64,000 nucleotides of DNA from Gemmatimonadales bacterium (GTDB taxonomy: Bacteria > Gemmatimonadota > Gemmatimonadetes > Gemmatimonadales > GWC2-71-9), in contig JBFGJG010000009.1 of NCBI GenBank assembly GCA_041577295.1, positions 44,052 through 108,051 on the forward strand, read 5' to 3'. Position numbers and translations under genes: made by a program. The notes below the pieces were generated by a model that was not told the origin of the DNA, did not search any database, and saw only the letters and a program-made list of their open reading frames with translations. Each line of letters opens with the position of its first letter. Within the stretch, counting starts at the first letter, position 1. Positions 55,923-64,000 of this stretch are shown here, one piece after another.

Positions 55923-56414
55923 ATGAAACGCATACGATCCTTCTTGGCGGCCGCTGTCTTCCTAGGACTCGCGGGAAGTGTGAACCCGCTCGCGGCCCAG
56001 CACGAGCAACACCACGGACAGCGGGCACGCCAAGGCGACGGCATGATGCCAGGGATGCAAATGCTCGAGGCTTTTGCACCGGCGAAGCTCCTCGAGCAAC
56101 GAGCAATGCTGGCGCTTACCGAGACCCAGATCAGGCAACTCCAGCAGATCGAGGTGGAGGTGACGGCCACCGGAGAGCACGCCCTCGCCACACACGAGAC
56201 CCATCGCGAGCAGTTGCATAGCGCTTTGATGGCGGCAAAGCCCGACCCACATGTGGTGCGGACCCACTTCGATACGGCGCACGCTGCCATGGGTCACGCC
56301 CATTGGCAGCGGATCGATGCAGCCCTGCGCGGCATGGCGGTGCTGACAGAGACGCAGCAACAGTCCGTGCGTGACAACTCGAATCGACTGAGACACCGAG
56401 AGCGGCGGCCATAG
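55923..56414 (+). CDS. Spy/CpxP-like periplasmic His/Met-rich protein
   Basis: Signal peptide; LALTETQ and VLTETQ (LTxxQ motifs). Confidence 0.72.
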   Translation: MKRIRSFLAAAVFLGLAGSVNPLAAQHEQHHGQRARQGDGMMPGMQMLEAFAPAKLLEQRAMLALTETQIRQLQQIEVEVTATGEHALATHETHREQLHSALMAAKPDPHVVRTHFDTAHAAMGHAHWQRIDAALRGMAVLTETQQQSVRDNSNRLRHRERRP

Positions 56415-56461
56415 CTCGAGGATTGGTCGACGGCAAGTACCTCACTGCGAGGGTGTATTCG

Positions 56462-57952
56462 CTACAGGACGTCGCCGAACATGCCCCTGTAGTGACGGTA
56501 CCAGTCGCTTTGAAATGTCTCGTCAGGATCGTAACGACGCTTGAGGCGGAGAAACTCCGGGAACTGCGGATAGCACACCTCCACCTGCTCGCGCGTCGCG
56601 AATCGGTGGTAAGTCAGGAAGTAGCTCCCACCATAGCCAATCGCCGTCTGGATCAGCTCTCGGAACGCACCCGCTGAGCGCTCGATACCCTCCGGTGTGT
56701 GCACCACGTGCAGATTGAAGATCACGCAAGCATAGGGCGCCTTCGCCCACGCGAGGAAGCTCTCGTCGTCACGCTCGATCAGACGGATCGTTCCGTAGAT
56801 GAGGTTGGTTCGTTGCGCTCGAAACCGATCGCGCAAATCCCCGAGGAACGCGGCCAACGCGTTCCGCGGCACATAGATCTCCGTGATCATCTCCGTGGCC
56901 TGCTCTGGTCCGAGTCGAGGGGCAAGGACTCGGTGGTAGTCGTCGAGGTACGTGCTCAGCTGGTGGGTGTCCGACCAATACACCTGTCCTGACGTCGAGA
57001 GGTAGTAGCTGGCGTAGGCCTGGAAGGCGCGCGTGCGATCGGCATGCGCAAGGTAGATGAGCTCCTTCCAGTCGTCCTCGGACAACGATCGCTGATCTTC
57101 CCGCATCGGAGCGTCGGCCGCCACGGGCCGATAGCACGAGAAGACCCCCTTGCGCAGGAAATCGCCTGAGTCCGGGTCTGTGGCGTACTGAAAGTCACCG
57201 TACGTGAAACCAGCGGCGATGCGCTCCTCGAATGCCGGCGCGAGCTCTTCGATGTCCAGAATCGCCACCTCGCGCTGCACTTTGACCCTAGGCACTAGGC
57301 GCAGCCTGACCGACGTGATCACGCCAAACAGCCCATACCCGCCGATGGCCAGGCGGAACAGCTCGCGGTTCTCGTCGCGGCTGCAGGTGCGTGCGTTGCC
57401 GTTGGCATCAACTAGCACGAAGGATTCGACGTCTTCGATGAACGGCTTGAACCGAAGTCCTCGGCCGTGGACGTTGGCCGCCAGCGCCCCCCCGATGCTC
57501 AACCGGTCGGCACCGGTTTGTTTCTGCCGAATCCCCCACGCGCGATCCACGCCTTGCTGCGCATCGAGCATGTGTCCGATCAGCTCGGGCCACTCGATTC
57601 CCGCTTCGACGTCGATGACGCCTCGCTCCCGATCAAACGCGAGCACCCGGTTGAGCGATCGCATGTCGAGCAGGATCGTGTCGGTGCCAAACTGTTGGCC
57701 TCCCATCGCATGCCGCCCACCGGCAATCGACAAGGAACGACCCTGGCGATTGGCGTTGTGAATCAGCTCCGCGACGGCGTCCGACGATGTTGGTCGTACG
57801 ACGCTGTGAACGCGTGTGGAATTCAGCTGGGAGTGGATATCGTTCACCACGTCTCCCGCGGGGAGCTGTTCCCGGGAGCAGCCCAACGACGAAACAGCCA
57901 TCGCCGCTCCGGCCGAGGCACCGAGCTCGAGAAACTCCCGGCGTGTCAGCAC
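56462..57952 (-). CDS. FAD-binding oxidoreductase (FAD_binding_4), Tat-exported lipoprotein
   Basis: TRREFL..LGC; GGRHAMGGQ, IGGYGLFGVI and YDP.ETFQS. Start uncertain. Confidence 0.85.
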   Translation of the reverse strand: MLTRREFLELGASAGAAMAVSSLGCSREQLPAGDVVNDIHSQLNSTRVHSVVRPTSSDAVAELIHNANRQGRSLSIAGGRHAMGGQQFGTDTILLDMRSLNRVLAFDRERGVIDVEAGIEWPELIGHMLDAQQGVDRAWGIRQKQTGADRLSIGGALAANVHGRGLRFKPFIEDVESFVLVDANGNARTCSRDENRELFRLAIGGYGLFGVITSVRLRLVPRVKVQREVAILDIEELAPAFEERIAAGFTYGDFQYATDPDSGDFLRKGVFSCYRPVAADAPMREDQRSLSEDDWKELIYLAHADRTRAFQAYASYYLSTSGQVYWSDTHQLSTYLDDYHRVLAPRLGPEQATEMITEIYVPRNALAAFLGDLRDRFRAQRTNLIYGTIRLIERDDESFLAWAKAPYACVIFNLHVVHTPEGIERSAGAFRELIQTAIGYGGSYFLTYHRFATREQVEVCYPQFPEFLRLKRRYDPDETFQSDWYRHYRGMFGDVL

Positions 57953-57989
57953 GGTAGCTCTGGGCGAATGGCTGGCATGATCAGACGTG

Positions 57990-58448
57990 TCACGTGCGGG
58001 GCTTCGCGTGATAGTGGCCCACCACGAGGACATAGGTGGCGAGCACGAAGTGAAAGAAGATGGGAATGGTGCCGCCAAGCCAGCGGCGTTCCGGGTGGAC
58101 GGCCATGGTGACAATGTATCGAATCACCATCCCGCCGAAGTAGATCCAACCAAACCACAGCAGTGCCCTCCCCGCGGCCGGGCGTTGGAGCACGAAGAAC
58201 CCACGTCCTCTCGTGAAGTCTAGGCACACCTTGGTCAGCAGGATGATGATGAGAATCTGAATCGGGAGCAGGATGGGGTACGCGATGAGGCCCGAGTACC
58301 ACTCGCTCATCGGGGGAAGGAATGAAACCGCGAACGCCGCGACGAGGACCTGGCCCAGCACGCGAAGGAAGAAGAGAAGGAGCAGTGCCCACAGAATCGT
58401 CGCGTATGCCCCAAGTTGTCTCTTTCCCGTAAGGCCTCGGTCAACCAT
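57990..58448 (-). CDS. Hypothetical 4-TM membrane protein
   Basis: Four hydrophobic segments; WYSGLI.YP and GGTIPIFFH. Confidence 0.7.
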   Translation of the reverse strand: MVDRGLTGKRQLGAYATILWALLLLFFLRVLGQVLVAAFAVSFLPPMSEWYSGLIAYPILLPIQILIIILLTKVCLDFTRGRGFFVLQRPAAGRALLWFGWIYFGGMVIRYIVTMAVHPERRWLGGTIPIFFHFVLATYVLVVGHYHAKPRT

Positions 58449-58502
58449 CTTTCATTTCCGATTGTCAAACCGTTGTCGCACGCTGAGCCGAGGACGCACA
58501 CC

Positions 58503-60653
58503 ATGCCCCGCCACTGCCCCCTGAGTATATGGAGTCGCGCGTTGCTCTTCGCAACGCTCGTTTTGTTTGTTCTCGCACCCCTCGCAGCTGCACAATCCCA
58601 TTCATCGTCGCCACCGGTTGCCGCAACCAAGCCGCATCGCCTCGAGATGCACGGGGACGTGCGCATCGATCCCTACTTCTGGTTGCGCGAACGCGAGAAT
58701 CCCGCCGTCATTGCCTATCTCGAGGCCGAGAACGGTTGGACCGAACAGGTGATGGCGCACACGGCGGATTTGCAGGATCGCCTCTTCGAGGAGATCAAAG
58801 GTCGGATCAAGCAAGACGATGCAACCGTACCGTACTTGCTCAACGGGCACTGGTATTACACGCGCTATGAGGACGGAAAGGAGTATCCACTCTACTGCCG
58901 CAAGAAGGGGTCGCTCACAGCACGCGAGCAGGTCATGCTCGACGTGAACGAGCTCGCCAAAGGGCACAGCTTCATGGCCGTCTGGGGACGCGAGGTGAGC
59001 CCCGACGGGAACATCCTGGCCTACGCGGCGGACAGCGTGGGCCGCCGCTTTTTCACCGTCCGGTTCAAGGACCTGCGCACGGGAAGGCTGCTCCCCGATG
59101 TGATCGAATCCGTGACCAACAACGTCGCGTGGGCGAACGACAACCGCACCATTTTCTACGTAAAGCAAGACCCGGAGACGCTGCGGTGGGATCGCGTCTA
59201 TCGTCACGTGTTGGGGACGCCCACCTCGCAGGATCAGCTCGTCTATACCGAGACGGACGATACCTATAGCAGCTTCGTCTACCGCACCGCGTCCGACCGA
59301 TACATCATCGTGGGCTCGTGGCACACGCTGGCGAACGAGTACCGCTACGTGGATGCGGACCGGCCAACCGATGCGCTGAAATTGATTCTTCCGCGTGAGC
59401 GCGGGCACGAGCACAGCGTCGATCACCTCGGCGAGTACTTCTACATCCGGACCAATGACGAGGCGGACAACTTTCGGCTCGTGCGGGCTCCGGTATCAAA
59501 TCCGGTCAAGTCGCAGTGGGAAGAAGTGATCCCTCACCGCACCGACGTACTGCTCGAGAACTTCGAGATCTTCCGCGATCATCTCGTGGTGGAAGAGCGC
59601 AAGAACGGCCTGGTCCAGATCAGGGTGCGTCGCTGGAACGGACAGGACGATCATTACATTCCGTTCGACGAGTCGGCGTACGTTGCCTATCTCATGAACA
59701 ACCCCGAGATCGATACCAAGGTGATTCGCTTTGGCTACGAATCGCCCAAGACCCCCGAGTCGGTCTACGATTACGACTCCGCGACGCGTACGCGGATGCT
59801 CAAGAAGCGGGAAGAGGTTCTCGGGGGATTCGATCCTTCGAGATATGCGGTGGAACGATTGTTCGCCAAGACACACGACGGCGTCAACGTTCCCATCTCG
59901 CTCGTGTATCGAAGGGATCTCAGACGCCCGGGACCGAACCCGCTCTTGCTGTACGCATATGGCTCCTACGGTGCATCACTGGACGCTGGCTTCAGCTCGC
60001 CGCGCCTCTCGCTGATCGATCGCGGGTTCATCTACGCCATTGCGCATATCCGCGGCGGACAGGAGCTGGGTCGTTGGTGGTACGAGCAGGGCAAGCTGTT
60101 TCACAAGCGGAACACCTTCACGGACTTCATCGCGGTCGCCGACCATCTGATTCGGGAAGGTTACACGAGCCCGGACAAAGTGTACGCACAGGGCGGTAGC
60201 GCTGGTGGACTCCTGATGGGCGCCATCGCGAACATGCGGCCCGACCTCTTTCACGGGATTGTCGCGGAGGTCCCGTGGGTGGATGTCGTGACCACCATGT
60301 TGGACGAGAGCATTCCGCTCACCACCAGCGAGTATGACGAGTGGGGTGACCCGAACGAGAAACACTACTACGAGTACATGCTGTCGTACTCGCCGTACGA
60401 CAACGTCACGGCAAGGGATTACCCCAACATGCTGGTGACTACGGGACTCCACGACTCGCAGGTGCAGTACTGGGAGCCGGCCAAGTGGGTGGCGAAGCTG
60501 CGCGCAACGAAGACGGACGACAACCGCTTGCTGCTCAAGACGAACATGGAAGCGGGTCATGGCGGGGCATCGGGGCGGTATCAGCGGTACAAGGAAACGG
60601 CGTTCGTCTACGCGTTCTTGCTCGATCTAGCGGGGTTGGTGCCGATCCCATGA
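58503..60653 (+). CDS. ptrB: Oligopeptidase B (S9A)
   Basis: DPYFWLR, YLEAEN, GGSAGG, EYDEWG, HDSQVQYWEPAKW and AGHGG. Confidence 0.92.
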   Translation: MPRHCPLSIWSRALLFATLVLFVLAPLAAAQSHSSSPPVAATKPHRLEMHGDVRIDPYFWLRERENPAVIAYLEAENGWTEQVMAHTADLQDRLFEEIKGRIKQDDATVPYLLNGHWYYTRYEDGKEYPLYCRKKGSLTAREQVMLDVNELAKGHSFMAVWGREVSPDGNILAYAADSVGRRFFTVRFKDLRTGRLLPDVIESVTNNVAWANDNRTIFYVKQDPETLRWDRVYRHVLGTPTSQDQLVYTETDDTYSSFVYRTASDRYIIVGSWHTLANEYRYVDADRPTDALKLILPRERGHEHSVDHLGEYFYIRTNDEADNFRLVRAPVSNPVKSQWEEVIPHRTDVLLENFEIFRDHLVVEERKNGLVQIRVRRWNGQDDHYIPFDESAYVAYLMNNPEIDTKVIRFGYESPKTPESVYDYDSATRTRMLKKREEVLGGFDPSRYAVERLFAKTHDGVNVPISLVYRRDLRRPGPNPLLLYAYGSYGASLDAGFSSPRLSLIDRGFIYAIAHIRGGQELGRWWYEQGKLFHKRNTFTDFIAVADHLIREGYTSPDKVYAQGGSAGGLLMGAIANMRPDLFHGIVAEVPWVDVVTTMLDESIPLTTSEYDEWGDPNEKHYYEYMLSYSPYDNVTARDYPNMLVTTGLHDSQVQYWEPAKWVAKLRATKTDDNRLLLKTNMEAGHGGASGRYQRYKETAFVYAFLLDLAGLVPIP

Positions 60654-60686
60654 GGGACCAGAAGGGACGCGATATCAGTTCGGAAG

Positions 60687-61847
60687 ATGTGCAGCCGCGT
60701 GCTCGATAGCATCGGAGGAGGCGGCGTGACAGCCAGCGGACGTAAATCGGTGACACACGCAGCCACGTATCTCATGGCGGTCGCAACCGGTGGGGCGGCG
60801 CCCCTGGCTGCCCTGCTCTTCACCGCTGCATGCGGCCAGACCACGTACGACTCTCTCGTCATCGATGCACCGACGCTCGAGATCGACGGAGCGTACCGAT
60901 CGATGGAAGGCCCCAGCCATGTGCAACAGTTCCGCGTGCTGGAGACCGAGCGCCCGCAGCTACTCTGGATCACGGGATATTCATCAGAAGTCGTCGATGA
61001 AGCGGGGAACCCCACGAATCCCGAGTTCCTGTGCCACACCAACCTGTCCTTAGTCGATGCGCGGGATCACGCCGCGCGCATGCGCGTGCGTCATGTGCGC
61101 AGTCGCCGGCTCTTCACGACCTCTCAAGGAATGAACGAAATCCGCTTTCCCGATGGGTTCGGCATCCCCATTTGGTCGGACGAATCGTTGGAACTCACGA
61201 CACAGGTCCTCAACCAAAACGATAGTCCCACGAAGCGGGTGAAGGGCCGTGTCACCATTACGTTCGCGCGGGATGCGTCGCTGCGACGTCCGATACGGGC
61301 GCTTTACATGACCGCTGCTAACGGCCTCGTCCTCCTCGACGGCCACGACGGCTACTACGGCATTGCGGAGTCACCCACTGCGCTCCACGGCATGGGCTCA
61401 CAACCAGGAGAAAACGCGGGGCACACCACGCGCCACGACGGTCACGGCCGCACGTTCAGCGGACATTGGGTAGTGCCCCCTGGTGAGTGGACCTGGACCA
61501 CCTTGGTGACGCGATGGATGAACCTACGACACGACACGAAGGCACACTTCATTGCCGTACACGTGCATCCCTTCGCCGAGTCGGTCGCGCTCAACGATCT
61601 GACAACGGGTCGCTCGGTCTTCGAAAGCAGCATCGTGAATACGCCGCACCGTGTTGGGATCGAGACGATCGAGACGTACGCGGATAGTGTAGGAGTTCCG
61701 TTGTTCCGGTCACACGAGTACGAGTTGGTCAGCCGGTATCGCAACCCGAGCGGTGCGGACGTCACCGCGATGGCCGTCATGTACCTGTACGTCGACGATT
61801 TGGAGTACCACGCGACGTGGCGTGATCGGGGGGAGACGGGTAGCTAA
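60687..61847 (+). CDS. Hypothetical exported protein, possibly copper monooxygenase (PHM/DBH)-like
   Basis: Lipobox-like TAAC; CHTN, HVH and C-terminal AMAVM. Start probably downstream of 60687. Confidence 0.55.
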   Translation: MCSRVLDSIGGGGVTASGRKSVTHAATYLMAVATGGAAPLAALLFTAACGQTTYDSLVIDAPTLEIDGAYRSMEGPSHVQQFRVLETERPQLLWITGYSSEVVDEAGNPTNPEFLCHTNLSLVDARDHAARMRVRHVRSRRLFTTSQGMNEIRFPDGFGIPIWSDESLELTTQVLNQNDSPTKRVKGRVTITFARDASLRRPIRALYMTAANGLVLLDGHDGYYGIAESPTALHGMGSQPGENAGHTTRHDGHGRTFSGHWVVPPGEWTWTTLVTRWMNLRHDTKAHFIAVHVHPFAESVALNDLTTGRSVFESSIVNTPHRVGIETIETYADSVGVPLFRSHEYELVSRYRNPSGADVTAMAVMYLYVDDLEYHATWRDRGETGS

Positions 61848-62219
61848 AGATTCCCGGCGCTGCGACCTAAAACTCGACTCTGAGTCCAAGGATCACTTGC
61901 GCCGATGGCCATCCTTCGAACGCGTCACTTTCCAGCCCACACAACGGATCATCGAGCGGGGGTACAGGACGAGGCCAAGGGTTCACTCCCAGAGGGCTCT
62001 CGGATCCTCAGTACAGCCGGTTCGCAAATCGGCCGCGTTGACCGGATCCGATGTTGCACGCATGCGACTCTTGCCATCCCTAGGCCGAACCTCAAATTGA
62101 CACTCCCACATCACGGGCACGCGGCCGAGCACGTTCGACCGCCTTGGACTACGCGCTCCACCGCACCGCGAGGCCCGATGAGTCAAGGTCATCGGCGCAC
62201 TGATACAGGAGGTGTCTCG

Positions 62220-63179
62220 ATGGCAGTCGAGGGGATCCGAACAATCGCACTTACCACTCTCACGCTCTCGATGACGCTTCTTGCGTGCTCAGGCGACGCA
62301 GCCAATGCACCTGAGGCGATGATCGACGAACCCCGCTTCACGTTGCACGGTGGATTTACGGCCCCGGGGGTGACCGACTACACAGACCCCGTCGCCTATA
62401 CGGGAGCACTGACAGAGCTTGCGACACCCGTGCTCGTTGACTTCGATGATCTCGACGCGAGTCCGGTCAACAACAGCACAGAGGGACGGCCGATTTTCAA
62501 TGGTGCAACCTATTCGAACCGTGGAATCACGTTCGCAAATCCATTCGGCCTATCCCTGTTCATCGCGCCTGGTGGGTTGTTTTGGAATGAGAGCAATTCC
62601 TTATCGGTAGATAAGTTTCCGTTTGAAGGCCCAAATCCAACCGACGACGACTTGGTGGTGACGCTGAAGCCTCCGGCGCAAGCGGTGGGCTTTACGCTCG
62701 TGGAAAACGGCCCAAGCCGAACAGACGAAGTGATCCAGTTTTCAGACGCGAGTGGGGTGCTGCTGGCGGAACTGGATTTCCCCGCGGACTTCACGACGTT
62801 TCGTGCCTTCATCGGAATCATATCGACGGCAGCACCAATTGCCTCGGTGAGCGTGGTCGAGGCCCCGGACGATGCCGACGACGTAAACTTCGACGACTTC
62901 GTATTTAGCGTTACGTCGCAACAACGGATCATGGCGCTCACTGCTCAGATCGACGAACTCGTGAGTCGTGGCTCCTTGACCGCGGATCAAGCGGCGGGAC
63001 TGCGCGACAAGCTCGCGGCCATCGAAGCCAAGATTGTGGCTGGGAATTCGCGGGCCGCAGCCAACCAGATTCGGGCGTTCACCAACCAGGTGTCCGCTAT
63101 GATCGCATCGCGTCGACTATCCGCAGAGGAGGGTCAGGCGCTCGTGGAGGCCGCAGAGCTCTTGCTCGCGCAAATTTGA
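62220..63179 (+). CDS. Hypothetical lipoprotein with C-terminal helical (FIMAH-like) domain
   Basis: AGGAGG RBS, lipobox LLAC and C-terminal AANQIRAFTNQV. Confidence 0.7.
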   Translation: MAVEGIRTIALTTLTLSMTLLACSGDAANAPEAMIDEPRFTLHGGFTAPGVTDYTDPVAYTGALTELATPVLVDFDDLDASPVNNSTEGRPIFNGATYSNRGITFANPFGLSLFIAPGGLFWNESNSLSVDKFPFEGPNPTDDDLVVTLKPPAQAVGFTLVENGPSRTDEVIQFSDASGVLLAELDFPADFTTFRAFIGIISTAAPIASVSVVEAPDDADDVNFDDFVFSVTSQQRIMALTAQIDELVSRGSLTADQAAGLRDKLAAIEAKIVAGNSRAAANQIRAFTNQVSAMIASRRLSAEEGQALVEAAELLLAQI

Positions 63180-63344
63180 AGCACTGGTCGTGAGTGAGAC
63201 GTGCGGGTCGCGGTGGTGCAAAAACCGGTTTCATCTACGCGCTCTTGCTCGACCGGTCGGACGTACCCGCGCATCGTCCATCAATGCTGGCCTGCCACTC
63301 CTTTTCGCCTCATGTTTCACGTGCCCCCGTCGGAGTGTCACGCC

Positions 63345-64000
63345 GTGCCTGATCACACTGGGCCGATCGACCGCCTGAACGCGGCCCTCGTAGACCGCTA
63401 CCGTATCGAGCACGAGCTCGGAGCCGGGGGCATGGCGACCGTCTATTTGGCACAGGATCTCAAGCACCCGCGCAAGGTTGCCGTCAAGGTGCTCCGCCCG
63501 GAGATCGCGGCATCGCTTGGTGCCGAGCGCTTCATTCGCGAGATCGAGATCGCAGCGAAGCTTACCCATCCTCACATCCTGATGCTGATCGACTCGGGTG
63601 AAGCGGACGGGTTCCTGTATTACGTCATGCCGTACATCGAAGGCGAATCGTTGCGCGAGCGGCTGACTCGTGACGGGAAGTTGTCGCTCGCTGACGGTCT
63701 CCGTCTCACCGACCAAGTCGCTTCCGCCCTGAGTTACGCGCACGCCCAGGGTGTGGTGCACCGTGATATCAAACCGGAGAACATTCTGCTTGCGGGCGAT
63801 CAAGCCATTGTCGCCGACTTCGGGATTGCTCGGGCCGTTCAAGCGGCCGGGGGCGAGCGTTTGACGGCGACCGGGCTCGCCGTCGGCACACCGGCCTACA
63901 TGAGTCCGGAACAAGCGATGGGGCTGACCGACGTGGATGCCCGAAGCGACGTGTACGCACTGGGCTGCGTGGTCTACGAGATGGTGGGTGGCCGACCGCC
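63345..64000 (+). CDS. Hanks-type Ser/Thr protein kinase, N-terminal part (runs off window; absent from the ORF track)
   Basis: Manual translation gives YRIEHELGAGGMATVY, VAVKVL, HRDIKPEN, DFG, GTPAYMSPEQ and SDVYALG. Confidence 0.93.
   Translation, partial: MPDHTGPIDRLNAALVDRYRIEHELGAGGMATVYLAQDLKHPRKVAVKVLRPEIAASLGAERFIREIEIAAKLTHPHILMLIDSGEADGFLYYVMPYIEGESLRERLTRDGKLSLADGLRLTDQVASALSYAHAQGVVHRDIKPENILLAGDQAIVADFGIARAVQAAGGERLTATGLAVGTPAYMSPEQAMGLTDVDARSDVYALGCVVYEMVGGRP

Noticed and set aside
61848..62219. Upstream extension of the 61905 ORF, or an ncRNA in this gap
   Set aside because: A strong RBS and lipoprotein signal support ATG 62220, and no clear structure or motif is visible in the gap.
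1..64000. tRNA, rRNA, CRISPR arrays, IS elements and prophage
   Set aside because: I saw no cloverleaf-like intergenic sequence, spaced direct repeats, transposase, integrase or phage genes by eye. This was not tool-verified.

Overview
GC-rich, gene-dense bacterial chromosomal window with about 56 CDS. I found no rRNA, tRNA, CRISPR array, transposase or phage genes. Gene content, including the Ser/Thr kinase N-terminus, many secreted peptidases and FG-GAP proteins, suggests Gemmatimonadota, but this is inference. The main feature is a four-gene minus-strand cluster at 15454-22002. It encodes a multiheme lipoprotein (8 CxxCH + 1 CX4CH), a membrane-anchored NapC/NirT-like cytochrome extended into a long heme chain (18 + 2 motifs), a predicted outer-membrane beta-barrel, and a 16-heme cytochrome built from repeats. 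Together they look like a complete quinol-to-surface porin-cytochrome conduit with about 45 hemes. Other notable items are: hypE coupled to a MenA-like prenyltransferase; a type II FAS/PKS-like cassette (FabL-like SDR, FabZ, FabF, ACP); an Xre/MbcA-RES toxin-antitoxin pair with an apparently leaderless promoter; a sigma54-type promoter with palindromic upstream sites driving a TPR-HD-GYP gene; a PQQ dehydrogenase carrying a CxxCH; two transporters fused to PTS-EIIA domains; and tandem paralogous membrane proteins coupled to glycogen phosphorylase. Housekeeping genes include mtnA, ppc, recF-dciA, glgP and ptrB. Many ORF-track starts were moved to better-supported start codons. All calls come from reading motifs by eye, with no database searches.
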